From Magnetococcales bacterium (lineage in GTDB: Bacteria; Pseudomonadota; Magnetococcia; Magnetococcales; Magnetaquicoccaceae), in NCBI GenBank assembly GCA_015232825.1, contig JADFYY010000001.1:20978-84977 (forward strand): a stretch of DNA of 64,000 nt, in the 5' to 3' direction. This document shows positions 28,637-39,055 of the stretch, one piece after another (positions within the stretch are counted from its first letter, which is position 1; each line of letters opens with the position of its first letter). The notes under the pieces were generated by a model that was not told the DNA's origin, made no database searches, and saw nothing but the letters and a program-made list of their open reading frames with translations. The position numbers were made by a program, and so were the translations under genes.

Positions 28637-31600
28637 TTATCAAATATTGGGGAACAGTTTGACCAAATTGTTAAAAATGGACCCGATTGCCCGTTGCATG
28701 ATCCGGGACCGCCACTCATTACGCCAACGACTTAAAAAACTGATCACAACTCCAGATCCCGTTTTGCAGGCAAAACTGGCAGAAGAGATCGCTCGATCAC
28801 AAACCGAACGGGATAATCGTCTCGCATCCATTCCTAAACTAAACTTTCCAGACGATCTTCCTGTGGCAGAACACCGCCAAGAGATCGCGCTGGCCATTTC
28901 CAAACATCCCGTGACCATTGTGTGCGGGGCGACAGGTTCTGGCAAAACAACACAATTGCCCAAAATTTGCCTGGAACTGGGATTGGGCAGTGCGGGCATG
29001 GTGGGTGTGACCCAACCCCGACGAATCGCAGCCCGCTCTATAGCAAACTATTTGCGCCAGGATCTCATCTCGCCCATCGAACGGTTGGTGGGGCACAAGA
29101 TCCGCTTTAACGATCATACCGCCCCTGAAACCCTGATCAAAGTCATGACCGATGGTATTCTGTTAGCGGAAATCCAAAAAGATCGTTTTCTAAACCGCTA
29201 CGAGACAATCCTCGTGGATGAGGCCCACGAACGCAGTCTCAACATTGATTTTCTGCTTGGATGTCTCAAACAGATTCTTCCCAGACGGCCTGAATTCAAG
29301 GTAATCATCAGCTCAGCCACCCTCGATGCGGAAAAATTCTCCCGTCACTTTCACAACGCCCCCGTGATCGAGGTTTCGGGACGAACCTATCCCGTAGAAA
29401 CCCGCTATCGACCTCTGATGATCGAGAATGACAGCGAAGAAAACGATCTGGAAGAGGTCGAAGAGCAAAGCATGGAAACCGCCATTATCGCAGCCGTAGA
29501 GGAACTCTCCAAACCGGGCATGCATGGCGATATTCTGGTATTTCTACCAGGAGAACAACAGATTCGCGAGATTGGTGAGACGTTGCAAAAACGGATGGGC
29601 GTTGGGACAGAACTCTTGCCTCTCTATGCCCGACTGCCGGGTGCGGAACAACAACGTATCTTTCACCCTGGCCCGCTTCGTCGTGTAATCCTGGCCACCA
29701 ATGTGGCAGAAACCTCCATCACCGTTCCCGGCGTACACTATGTGATTGATACAGGATTGGTACGGATCAGTCGTATCAGCGACCGCATGCGCATTCAGCG
29801 TTTGCCAGTTGAAAAGACCTCCCAATCCTCTGCGGATCAGCGGCAAGGACGATGCGGTCGATTGGCTGAAGGGATCTGTATTCGACTCTATTCCGAGGAG
29901 GATTATCAAGCTCGTCCCCGATTTACCGATCCAGAAATTTTACGAACCCCTCTGGATGCGGTCATTTTGCAAATGAAATCCATGCAACTTGGAGAGATTG
30001 CCCGATTTCCATTTGTAGACCCCCCGACCCTGCCAGCCATACGCTATGGCACACGTTTTCTGGAAGAGTTGGGAGCCCTTACCGAAAACGGTGAGCTGAC
30101 AACAGTGGGCAAGCAACTTGCTCGCTTCCCCCTGCCCCCTGGATTGGGAAGAATCCTGTTGGAGGGTGGGAAATTTGGACGCCTGAAAGAGATTCTGGTT
30201 TTGGTTGCAGCCATGTGTGTCCCGGATCCTCGGGAGGAACCCAGGGAGAGACGGGATACCGCCCGTCAAGCCCATGCCCGCCATGCCGATGCGCAATCCG
30301 ATTTTATTGCCACCTTAAATTTATGGAAATTCATTCAACAAGGTCGCGAAAGCAACCCGAGCAATAATGGATTGCGTCGATTCCTTAAAGAGAATTTTCT
30401 CTCACGCATGCGGGTGCGGGAGTGGATGGATATTCACGCCCAGCTTGAAGAAATGTGTCTAGAGATGGGTATGCGTCCCAATGAAACCGAGGCCACTTAT
30501 GCGGAAATTCATCAGGCTGTGCTGCCAGGATTGCTTGGAAATGCGGGTTGCAAAAACGATGGCAAAGAGTATACCGGGGTACGAGACTCTCATTTTTGGG
30601 TTCATCCGAGTTCTGGGTTATACAAAAAGCCGCCAGCCTGGATCGTGGCCGGTGAGTTGGTGGAGACCAGCCGACTTTATGCCCGAATGTGTGCCAAAAT
30701 CGAACCGGAATGGCTGGAGGCCGCCGCCGGGACGTTATGCCGTCGCAGTTATTCACAGGCTCACTGGGAAAAGCATCAAGGCCAAGTCATGGCTTTGGAG
30801 CGGGTCACCTTGATGGGATTGCTGTTAATTGCCAATCGCAAGGTCCATTTTGGTCCGATAAACCCAGTCGAATCCCGACAAATTTTTATTCAAACGGCCT
30901 TGGTGGAAGGCCATTTTCATTCCAGTGCGCCATTTTTTCTGCATAACCAAGCCATGATCGCAGAGGTCCGGGAGTTGGAGCATAAATTTCGGCGTCGAGA
31001 TTTGTTAACCCATGATGCAGATCGTTACGCCTTCTACGACGCCCAACTGCCAGAGAGGATTTACACCGCACGACAATTCCATGAATGGTACGCCCACGCG
31101 CGAAAAAAGGATTTGCGTCTTTTGTATTTCGACCGGGAAGATGTCTTGGGGATTGATGGCGAAGCCGCCTCTGGGGAACAATTTCCCGGACATCTGGTGA
31201 TCGATGGACAGGAGTTTCCCCTGGAGTACACCTTTGATCCAGGAGGAAGCAATGACGGGGTGAATGTCCGCATTCCAATTTCTCTACTAAACCAGCTATC
31301 CCCTCTTCCTTTCGAGTGGCTGGTCCCTGGACTTCTGCAAAACAAGATTCTGGCACTCTTAAAAGCTTTGCCCAAGACCTTACGACGCCCTCTAGTCCCC
31401 CTTCCCCAGACAGCGGAATGGTGTATTAGCCAATTAACGAAACATACAGGATCATTAAAGGTTACGTTAAGCAAATTATTGAAACTCAGAGAAGGGGTTG
31501 ATATCCCCCTAGACCATTGGAAAACCGAATCCTTGCTGAATCACCTGCGGATGAATTTTTTGATTGTTGATGATGCGGATACGCGCATATTGGGTCAGGG

Positions 31601-32564
31601 CCGCGACCTAGAGGAGCTGAAAAGCCTTCATTGCCCGGATGCCCGTCAACGCTTTTTGAAGGCTCCTAAAGCCGGATGGGAGCGACAAGGAATTCTGCGT
31701 TGGGATTTTGGACCTTTGCCAGAACAGCTTGTATTAGAAAACGACGGGGTAAGGATCCAGGGTACGCCGGTATTGCAAGACGATGGAAGCAGTGTTTCTT
31801 TACGGCTATTAGATGATCCCATCGCGGCCAGAGAGGTCACTCGTCAGGGGTTGAAGCGACTGTTCATGTTACAGATCTCTCCAACGATCAACGCCCTCAA
31901 GCGGCAACTGGTTTTCTCCTCGGAAGCCAACATGGCCTACTTGACCTTAAAGATGCAAAAGCAAAAAAACTGCGCCTCGCTCACGGATCAAATCCTGTCT
32001 CGCACCGCTTTGCAGGTTTTCCTGCCCATCGATGATGAAAGGATTCACGATCAGGAAGGGTTTCAAGCTCGTCTACAGGCTGGACAAAAACAGTTCACGA
32101 AAGAGGCACAAACCCTGTTTGCTTTGACTCAATCCATATTAAGCGAGTATGTCCGGGTACGCAAAGGGATCAGTCAGGCGCAACCTTCGGTATTAAAAGA
32201 GTGCGTGCCAGACATTCAAGAGCAACTCGCTTTTCTTCTGCCACCTGATTTTGTTCAGGTAATCCCCAATCCATGGCTGGAGCGCGTTCCGATTTATCTG
32301 CAAGCCATTCGCATCCGTTTGGAGCGGTGTTCCATGGATCCCATCAAGGATGCCCGCAAGGCCGATGAGCCCCGTTTTTTTTGGCAGGAGTACCATAAAC
32401 GTCTTCAGCGTCATGCCAAAGAAAAATTGCACGACCCTGAACTGGAAATATTGCGGTGGATGGTGGAGGAGTTTCGGATCTCTTTGTTTGCCCAGGAACT
32501 AAAAACCATCCAGCCTGTTTCGATCAAACGGTTGACAGCACAACTGCAGAAAACAATTGGGTAA
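28602..32564 (+). CDS. hrpA: ATP-dependent RNA helicase HrpA (true start probably 28.66-28.68 kb)
   Basis: GATGSGKTTQLP, TQPRRIAA, DEAH, SAT, QRQGRCGR and the C-terminal DUF3418-like EEFRISLFAQEL. Confidence 0.95.
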   Translation: MYVTIFTLLLNSYQILGNSLTKLLKMDPIARCMIRDRHSLRQRLKKLITTPDPVLQAKLAEEIARSQTERDNRLASIPKLNFPDDLPVAEHRQEIALAISKHPVTIVCGATGSGKTTQLPKICLELGLGSAGMVGVTQPRRIAARSIANYLRQDLISPIERLVGHKIRFNDHTAPETLIKVMTDGILLAEIQKDRFLNRYETILVDEAHERSLNIDFLLGCLKQILPRRPEFKVIISSATLDAEKFSRHFHNAPVIEVSGRTYPVETRYRPLMIENDSEENDLEEVEEQSMETAIIAAVEELSKPGMHGDILVFLPGEQQIREIGETLQKRMGVGTELLPLYARLPGAEQQRIFHPGPLRRVILATNVAETSITVPGVHYVIDTGLVRISRISDRMRIQRLPVEKTSQSSADQRQGRCGRLAEGICIRLYSEEDYQARPRFTDPEILRTPLDAVILQMKSMQLGEIARFPFVDPPTLPAIRYGTRFLEELGALTENGELTTVGKQLARFPLPPGLGRILLEGGKFGRLKEILVLVAAMCVPDPREEPRERRDTARQAHARHADAQSDFIATLNLWKFIQQGRESNPSNNGLRRFLKENFLSRMRVREWMDIHAQLEEMCLEMGMRPNETEATYAEIHQAVLPGLLGNAGCKNDGKEYTGVRDSHFWVHPSSGLYKKPPAWIVAGELVETSRLYARMCAKIEPEWLEAAAGTLCRRSYSQAHWEKHQGQVMALERVTLMGLLLIANRKVHFGPINPVESRQIFIQTALVEGHFHSSAPFFLHNQAMIAEVRELEHKFRRRDLLTHDADRYAFYDAQLPERIYTARQFHEWYAHARKKDLRLLYFDREDVLGIDGEAASGEQFPGHLVIDGQEFPLEYTFDPGGSNDGVNVRIPISLLNQLSPLPFEWLVPGLLQNKILALLKALPKTLRRPLVPLPQTAEWCISQLTKHTGSLKVTLSKLLKLREGVDIPLDHWKTESLLNHLRMNFLIVDDADTRILGQGRDLEELKSLHCPDARQRFLKAPKAGWERQGILRWDFGPLPEQLVLENDGVRIQGTPVLQDDGSSVSLRLLDDPIAAREVTRQGLKRLFMLQISPTINALKRQLVFSSEANMAYLTLKMQKQKNCASLTDQILSRTALQVFLPIDDERIHDQEGFQARLQAGQKQFTKEAQTLFALTQSILSEYVRVRKGISQAQPSVLKECVPDIQEQLAFLLPPDFVQVIPNPWLERVPIYLQAIRIRLERCSMDPIKDARKADEPRFFWQEYHKRLQRHAKEKLHDPELEILRWMVEEFRISLFAQELKTIQPVSIKRLTAQLQKTIG

Positions 32565-32636
32565 CTTGAAAGCAGCCTCCAGTGTCAGGATGATGTCGCC
32601 TCTATAATGAGGTTTGATAAGAACCTAGCCCACCGA

Positions 32637-33017
32637 TGTACGTTTTCCGGGCAGCACCAAAAGTTGGACATAAAATCCTGACGGTAGGCGGAAAAGCGGT
32701 ATGATTGCATAATGAGGCTTCATGTTTAAGGTTTGCCCGTTTGTAACTATTCAGCACCCCGCCTTACGAAAAATCCTTGACACGGTTTTTTGTGATTTTT
32801 TAAAAAATTGAGTGCGGATCCGAATGCCGCCTGATTTGGCCATTTGCAGACCCTCTGCAGTGGATTCTGTCGAGCCAAAAATCACCATCATCCTCAGCCA
32901 CATGGTATTGCACTATCTTCGATCCTTGGTGGCATTGTGGGGCAAAATTTTCGTCTGAAAAAGTCGTGTTATACTTCTCGCGTCAACCTGATTCGAGGAG
33001 ATTCGTAGTTCGTAAGG
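32637..33017. mobile_element. Cluster of putative IS/MITE terminal remnants, no transposase
   Basis: TG...CAAAAGTTGGACA (32637-32670) resembles IS3-family inverted repeats. A 9-bp inverted repeat CCTTACGAA (32762-32770)/TTCGTAAGG (33009-33017) brackets about 256 bp of non-coding DNA. Confidence 0.35.
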
Positions 33018-33030
33018 AATAACAGAAATT

Positions 33031-34074
33031 TTAGTCAAATCTCTGCCAACACCCAGGGTCACGAGCAAAGGGATCCCCAAGGATAGCCGCCGACATACAT
33101 CGCGCACCGCCGCGACACAAACAGGCGTAGAAACAGCTCCGACAGTTATCTGGAATCGTTGCTGGATGACGCAAACGACGCAGGAGATCTTGTTCCTCGT
33201 AAATTCGTTTGAGTCCTCCATTGTCAAATACCTGCCCGACCGGCCTAGGCAAACGACGACAGGGAAACACAGTGCCATCTGGCATCAGGGCCAGCAAACG
33301 GTCTCCAGCCAGACAACGGTATGGTTGACCGCCTCCAACCAAAAACTGCAAGGCGCGGTTCATCACAATTTCGCCATGGGGTAGCAGACGTCTCCACCAC
33401 ACCTCCTTGGCCCGACGTACTGTGGCAAAAAAAAGTGCTGTTTCGGATGGGGTAAAATTCTCCCCTTGCCAGCGGGAAGCCGCTCCAAGGGGCAGCAACC
33501 GATCCGTCCACAGCCGGTCCACTCCATTGCGCCACGCCCAGCGTGCTACCTTGGTAAAATCATTCGCATTGCTAGGGTGAGCGGTAAAAGATACCAAGGT
33601 GTTCACACCAGCCTGCTTGAGTTCTTTGACCGCGCGTTCCACACGGACAAAGTCGTTCCTACCGCGCAGCGCGTCATGGTGTTGAGGGGTGCCATCCACG
33701 CTCACTTGCACAAAGCGCGGGTTAAGCCGGGCGAGATGACGGGCCGCAGCACGATCAATTCCCCCGCCATTGCACAAAACGGCAAAGGAACAACTCTCCC
33801 GTGATGCGGCTAACAACTCCAAAAAACGGGGAAAATCCTCCCGGAGATAGGGTTCCCCGCCAGTAACCGTAATCTGGGCCGAGAAATGATTCCGTTGGCG
33901 TCGCCACTGTCCCACCATAGCCTTGAACTGGTTCAACACATCCAGAAGTTGCGACCACTCCATCTCTTGTGATGGGTTTTGATCCTGATAACAATGGGCG
34001 CATCTCCGGTCACACCTTTCGGTCAAGTGCCATTGAAGTAAAAATGAGTGGGGCGGAGTCGTCTCATACGTCAC
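33031..34074 (-). CDS. Radical SAM/SPASM-domain protein (peptide-maturase type)
   Basis: CDRRCAHC (CxxxCxxC), TGGEP, SVDG and SPASM cysteines C-LAG...PC...CRSC...CRGGARC...C. Confidence 0.9.
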   Translation of the reverse strand: MTYETTPPHSFLLQWHLTERCDRRCAHCYQDQNPSQEMEWSQLLDVLNQFKAMVGQWRRQRNHFSAQITVTGGEPYLREDFPRFLELLAASRESCSFAVLCNGGGIDRAAARHLARLNPRFVQVSVDGTPQHHDALRGRNDFVRVERAVKELKQAGVNTLVSFTAHPSNANDFTKVARWAWRNGVDRLWTDRLLPLGAASRWQGENFTPSETALFFATVRRAKEVWWRRLLPHGEIVMNRALQFLVGGGQPYRCLAGDRLLALMPDGTVFPCRRLPRPVGQVFDNGGLKRIYEEQDLLRRLRHPATIPDNCRSCFYACLCRGGARCMSAAILGDPFARDPGCWQRFD

Positions 34075-34077
34075 GAC

Positions 34078-34965
34078 TTAATCTCCGCCGCCACAACCGC
34101 CACAACCGCCACAACCTCCCCCTCCGTCGCCACTACTTCCGCTGAAATCACTCCCTCCATCCGAACTCCACCCACCATCCAAGGTATTGCCTGCCCTAGG
34201 TTGATACATCCCGAACGCATCACCAGCACTTGGAAAGTTCTGCCAGAAAACCAACCCAAACAACGCCGCACCCAAAGCCAGATCAATACCTGAATCCGTG
34301 AGCGTATCCGAATGCTGGCTACGCAACCACGCAAAATGGTCGCGTGTTTGTTTTAAAAATTTTCGCCCCAAAGTAGTTCGAACACCCATACTATTAATAA
34401 TTAAAATTATTAATAACTGTGTAATAATCAACAATAAAAAAATAAAAATAATTGGTTTATGATTAATTATGCCAAGGATAAACTTGGTGCCACCGATGCC
34501 CCACAACGGCAGAGCTGTCAATGCAGCAAATGTTCGGCGTCGTTTTCGTTCTCCATCATGAAACAATAGTCCAGCGGACTCCAATCGTCGCGCCAAAGGG
34601 GTCGTTTGGGGTTGCAACAGCCCAGCAATCGTTCGCACATTTTTCTGCGTTGGCATATTACCAGCCAGCCCCTGCAGCGTCGTTTGATCAATCAACGACA
34701 AAGGCTCGGTCAATGGCGTAGTAGACACCTTGCCCAGAAGGTTGTATCGCCAAAGACGAAAAATGCTCGTGCGTACCACATGCTGATTCCCGCCCACCAG
34801 ATAGGCCAAGGTGTCGGCATCGAAGGTGTTGGGAGAAGGCGACATCCGAATCCAACTTCTGTCCATACGGGTTAAATACCAGGATATTATCACTAAAAAT
34901 ATAGATAAAATAAAAAAATAAAATAAAAAATCTTGACCTGGAATTTGTTCAAACATCTTGATCAT
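34078..34965 (-). CDS. TIGR04222-like integral membrane protein with a Gly/Ser/Cys low-complexity C-terminus
   Basis: Starts MIKMFEQIPGQDFL after a GGAG SD. Has LAYLVGG, TM helices, RTTLGR and the tail SSDGGSDFSGSSGDGGGGCGGCGGCGGGD. Confidence 0.75.
   Translation of the reverse strand: MIKMFEQIPGQDFLFYFFILSIFLVIISWYLTRMDRSWIRMSPSPNTFDADTLAYLVGGNQHVVRTSIFRLWRYNLLGKVSTTPLTEPLSLIDQTTLQGLAGNMPTQKNVRTIAGLLQPQTTPLARRLESAGLLFHDGERKRRRTFAALTALPLWGIGGTKFILGIINHKPIIFIFLLLIITQLLIILIINSMGVRTTLGRKFLKQTRDHFAWLRSQHSDTLTDSGIDLALGAALFGLVFWQNFPSAGDAFGMYQPRAGNTLDGGWSSDGGSDFSGSSGDGGGGCGGCGGCGGGD
34088..34114. repeat. 3 x 9-bp tandem repeat (CCGCCACAA) encoding the Gly-Gly-Cys tail
   Basis: Three exact consecutive copies are visible. 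Confidence 0.9.
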
Positions 34966-35000
34966 AAGTATCACTCCAAGAGCATTACTCGATTGAAACG

Positions 35001-35433
35001 CATGGCGAAAAAGCTCTCGTCTCCCACCTTCTACCGCAGGTTTTGCGCATCGTGAAAGAGTCCTTCCGCCAGATAGACCCCCGGTGTCCCGGCATTGGGA
35101 TGGAGCTTGCGCACATAATGGACGTAGCCGCCCAGGATAGCGGACTCCATGCTTTTGGCCCCGATCATGTGATAGGGAACCATGAACAATTTTTTGCCGG
35201 TCAGCCAAGCATCGTGTTTGACCACCATGTGGGCCAGTTCGGTGATGGCCCGCGCATCCAGGTTATGTTGCAACAACAAATGCAGCACGGCCATAAAGTG
35301 ACTTTTGCCGCTACCAAAACTGCCGTGCAGGTAGGCCGCCTTGCTGGAGCGACTTTCAAACGCACTTTTGAAGCACAAAATCGCCTTTGTGGACTCTTTC
35401 AGGGATGTCGATGAGGTCTTTGATCAGGGTCAT
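35001..35433 (-). pseudogene. pglY: 5' remnant of the BREX type 2 (Pgl) ATPase PglY
   Basis: Starts MTLIKDLIDIPERVHKGDFVL, then a frameshift/internal deletion, then KSAFESRSSKAAYLHGSFGSGKSHFMAVL. An in-frame TAG at 35031-35033 is followed by KVGDESFFA before similarity stops. Confidence 0.75.
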
Positions 35434-37286
35434 GAACGGGATTCCCAAGGTTGGTTCGAAGATGAAGAGACAAGATCCATGCTCTGCAGATAGGGCGAGG
35501 GACGGGAATGCCAGACTTCTCCCCAAGGCATCTTGCGTGTTTTTGGGTAGGTCAAATAAAGCAATCTTTTGGATCGGGTGACTGCGACAAAGGCACTTCT
35601 TTGCTCTTCAAGAGCCGCATTAGGATTATTCTTTGCACGATAATCTGGAAAAACCCCATCCACCATCCCAATCATGAACACCACATCAAACTCCAGACCT
35701 TTGGAGGCATGCACACTCAACAAACCCACGCCGTCCGCCTGCGTTTGTCGGGTTGTGCCAAGTGCCATGCTGCTCATGAAGCCAGCAATGGTTTTTGAGG
35801 AGGATCCACTCCCAGAACGCAGATAGTGGTCCCACTGTTGCAGAAGCACTTGGGTATCATTATAGATGGCGCGACGTTCTTCATTGTCTTCCAGTTTATC
35901 GGCATAAGCCTGTAACATTTGAATACAAGGACGCAGATCAACAAGTCGGGAAAGATGGTTTAAGGCGGTCTTGATGGCAAAATGGCGTGGATTGCCCGTT
36001 TGTTCAACAACCTGACCCAGTTGTACCAGCTCAGAGGGGTCAATCTCCCAGGCACGAGCCAGTGCATTCAGATGCAACTGATCTCGTGGGTTGGCAAAGA
36101 TGCGCAAAGCCAATTGAAACTCTCTGACTACGGGTGAATCATATTCTTCAAGCGAGGAAAAACGTTTGTAAAACGGGATGCCCCGCACCTGCAATTCATT
36201 TTCCACAGCCATTAAAAGATATTGATTTCGACCCAAGATCGCGCATTGATGAGGCGTGTGGCCCTGTGTGAATAGTTTTTCGAGTTGTTTGCAAACGATT
36301 TGCGCCTCATGGGTTTCATCTGTTCCGACAAAGAGCTTGACCGCTCCCTGGATGGGCAAACGGTCATCTTCCAGGGTGGCAATAAGATATTGAGGATTTA
36401 ATTTTTTGGCAACGTCGATCACGGCTTGCGATGAACGGAAATTTTCATTTAATTTTATAACTCTTGCATTGAGTTCTTTATAAAACTTCCTCATATATTC
36501 CGGGCTAGCGTTATTGAATCCATAAATAGATTGTTTTGGATCGCCGACCATCATCACATTGCGAAAGCTATCCCCGCACAACGCCAGCAGGACGGCATAT
36601 TGAGCCTCGTTGAGATCCTGGGCTTCGTCGATGCAAATATATCCATAGATGCGACGGTATAGGTCCGCCACTTTTGGAAAATCGATCAATAATTGGTATG
36701 CCAGTAGCAAAAGATCATCGAAATCATAAGCCCCACACGCACGTAGTCCAGCATCATAAGCTTCGACCACATGCCTAGCCAGAGGTTCTTCCCTGCCCAG
36801 ATGGGTCAAAGGATGCGTCTTAATTTTGGCAATGTGATCAAGCCATTGACGCAGCAGTTTGGGACGTTCCTGCTTCTCATCCGCCTGTTTCAACAGATCC
36901 ACCAGAAAGGGATCCTGCATGGCGGCTTCCAACAGTATCTGTTGGCGGTCTTCAGCCCGTTCAAAAATTTGCGGTTCACCGATAACGCCAATGCGCTCTC
37001 CTCGATCCCTTAGCAATTCAAGACAAAATCCGTGCATGGTGCTGATGGTGACTCGTTTTTGCGCCATTCCCAAGTCGGAGAGCCGTTCGGTCATTTCGTT
37101 GGCCGCTTTATTGGTGAAGGTCAAAGCAAGTACATAGAAATGACCGGGAACTTCTGTTACGAGTCGTCGTATCCGCTCCGTCAGTACCCGCGTTTTGCCA
37201 GAACCGGGACCAGCCACGACCACAAGAGGCCCATCGCCATGATTGACCACCATTTGTTGATCGGGTGTCAGTCGAAATTGACTCAA
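35430..37286 (-). CDS. UvrD/Rep-family helicase, Gabija GajB-like
   Basis: AGPGSGKT, LTFTNKAA, DEAQD, VGDPKQSIY, NFRS, HASKGLEF and VAVTRSK. Overlaps the upstream OLD nuclease stop. Confidence 0.85.
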   Translation of the reverse strand: MSQFRLTPDQQMVVNHGDGPLVVVAGPGSGKTRVLTERIRRLVTEVPGHFYVLALTFTNKAANEMTERLSDLGMAQKRVTISTMHGFCLELLRDRGERIGVIGEPQIFERAEDRQQILLEAAMQDPFLVDLLKQADEKQERPKLLRQWLDHIAKIKTHPLTHLGREEPLARHVVEAYDAGLRACGAYDFDDLLLLAYQLLIDFPKVADLYRRIYGYICIDEAQDLNEAQYAVLLALCGDSFRNVMMVGDPKQSIYGFNNASPEYMRKFYKELNARVIKLNENFRSSQAVIDVAKKLNPQYLIATLEDDRLPIQGAVKLFVGTDETHEAQIVCKQLEKLFTQGHTPHQCAILGRNQYLLMAVENELQVRGIPFYKRFSSLEEYDSPVVREFQLALRIFANPRDQLHLNALARAWEIDPSELVQLGQVVEQTGNPRHFAIKTALNHLSRLVDLRPCIQMLQAYADKLEDNEERRAIYNDTQVLLQQWDHYLRSGSGSSSKTIAGFMSSMALGTTRQTQADGVGLLSVHASKGLEFDVVFMIGMVDGVFPDYRAKNNPNAALEEQRSAFVAVTRSKRLLYLTYPKTRKMPWGEVWHSRPSPYLQSMDLVSSSSNQPWESRS

Positions 37287-39055
37287 GATGCGCCTCCTAC
37301 CTTTTTAAGGCCAAAATCTGTAGAAATTTTTTCAAACAGTTCTGCAATGGCCTGCGGGAAACGTCGCGTGAGGTCGTCTGTAGCAATGATGGCGTTGGTG
37401 ACAGGAATGGCCAACCGTGTTTTATTGCTTTTAATTTTAAATTTGGTTTTGATTGTTTCTTCGCTTGCAGGATTTTGTTGATTGCTTTGCAAATCACCAA
37501 TATTAATCATCGCCTGTTCAATTTCAGGTAAGTATTTCTGATCAATTAAATAGTCTTCGATACTCTGACCGTTTGGAAGAATAAAAACATTATCACGTGT
37601 CGATGCGTTACCTCCTTCCGCCTTTTCAAGACTCTTATTCAGTTTGATTTTTGGTGTTTCTTCTCCATCAGAAAAAATATACCATTTAATATTCAAATAT
37701 TTAGCCAGCCAAACAAAAGGATAATAAGTGGAACCGCCAACCGATATAAAATTAAATCCAAGCTCATGGATATTCATACCCCAATAGGCTTCTGCATAAA
37801 CTGGCAAAGCCAATTCCTCTGTTTGTCCCTCAAACAAAATGAGTGCCCGGCAAAAGAGAATATCGCCACGAGTCAAGATAACCAGATTTTTTAAATTTTT
37901 TATTTCGTCAGGCTTCAGGTTCGAGATGTCCAGACGCGACACTTCTGAACTGCTACCCTTTTTTTGAAACAACCGTAACGCTTCCAGCTTTGCCTGTCCG
38001 GCAAAATAGGGTGAGTGGGTACTAAGAATGCGCTGCCCTTTGATCTCCTTGATTTGATGAAATAGTGCGCGTTGTGCCTGGGGATGTAAATGCGCTTCCG
38101 GTTCTTCAAGACCCAACAAGGTATGAATTTGTGTCTGGTTGCTTGAGGCCTGCAAGGCCTTCCAGGATGCAAAAGCACGAAACACCAAGATGGAAGCAAG
38201 ACTGCGTGTTCCCATGCCATGCTTTGCCAACGGAAAGGATTGTGCCCCAGAGGTGGCAAATTGAATATCCATCCCTTTGGCAAGGTCGCGCAGGTGTCGG
38301 GACACGGGGGTAATTTCCGTCTGTTCAGTTGTGACCACATTATTCATCTTCATCAAGGATTTTTGAATATGCTTAAGAACTGAACTTTCTTCAACCATCC
38401 GGGCATTCAAAGTACTCAAAGCCTGTTCGATTTCTAGTACGGACTCTTCCGGCAGTCCCAAATCATTGACGAGACGTTGCCAGAACGAACCAGAAGTATG
38501 CAAATCCTCCTTAATATCTCTTTGAGCATTCATATAGTACAACAGAATAGGCTCTAATTGCTCTATTGAAATTCCATTTGTTGTATTAGCCGTGAGCCAA
38601 TCGCCGGTGAGTTTCCATTGTTTTAAAAACTTGCGCTCCAGGCGATATTCGCTTTGCGTTTCGTTCCAGGCCAATTCAGTACGGATTCCAATAAAATCAT
38701 TATCGTATTGATCCTGGACAATATTTTTCCCCCAGAGTCCGATCCAGAAACTGCCAAGGGGAAACAAATCAATAATTTGTTCATTAAAGGGCTGTACACG
38801 AATATCCACAACCGCCTTACGTTCAATTGGAACGCTGGTTTCACCAGACTTAAGGTGAATATCTTCCTTGCCAAACAGCCGACGACCAGCCCCAATGGCG
38901 GCAAACATAGCCTCCAGGAAACTGGTCTTGCCTGAATTATTGGCACCAACCAGGACAGTCAGATCATCCAGATCCACCTCAATGTTTTCCAAAGAACGAA
39001 AATTGGCTACTCGAACTTGGGTAATTCTAACACCGCAATCTGATGCAGCAAACAT
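37283..39055 (-). CDS. OLD-family ABC ATPase-TOPRIM nuclease, Gabija GajA-like
   Basis: NFRSL, GANNSGKT, GMG signature, LEEPEAHLHP, STHSP and the TOPRIM motifs FEGQTE, SVGG, SDGE. Confidence 0.85.
   Translation of the reverse strand: MFAASDCGVRITQVRVANFRSLENIEVDLDDLTVLVGANNSGKTSFLEAMFAAIGAGRRLFGKEDIHLKSGETSVPIERKAVVDIRVQPFNEQIIDLFPLGSFWIGLWGKNIVQDQYDNDFIGIRTELAWNETQSEYRLERKFLKQWKLTGDWLTANTTNGISIEQLEPILLYYMNAQRDIKEDLHTSGSFWQRLVNDLGLPEESVLEIEQALSTLNARMVEESSVLKHIQKSLMKMNNVVTTEQTEITPVSRHLRDLAKGMDIQFATSGAQSFPLAKHGMGTRSLASILVFRAFASWKALQASSNQTQIHTLLGLEEPEAHLHPQAQRALFHQIKEIKGQRILSTHSPYFAGQAKLEALRLFQKKGSSSEVSRLDISNLKPDEIKNLKNLVILTRGDILFCRALILFEGQTEELALPVYAEAYWGMNIHELGFNFISVGGSTYYPFVWLAKYLNIKWYIFSDGEETPKIKLNKSLEKAEGGNASTRDNVFILPNGQSIEDYLIDQKYLPEIEQAMINIGDLQSNQQNPASEETIKTKFKIKSNKTRLAIPVTNAIIATDDLTRRFPQAIAELFEKISTDFGLKKVGGAS

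Noticed and set aside
34985-35000. GATTGAAAC motif as a possible third CRISPR repeat (also ATTGAAAC near 27905, 36113 and 53645)
   Set aside because: Only the 8-9 nt end matches; the GC hairpin and GTCGCC start are absent.
34966-35208. N-terminal extension of about 80 aa on the 376-aa ORF
   Set aside because: It overlaps the pglY remnant in another frame; a good SD and ATG at 34965 give a more plausible start.
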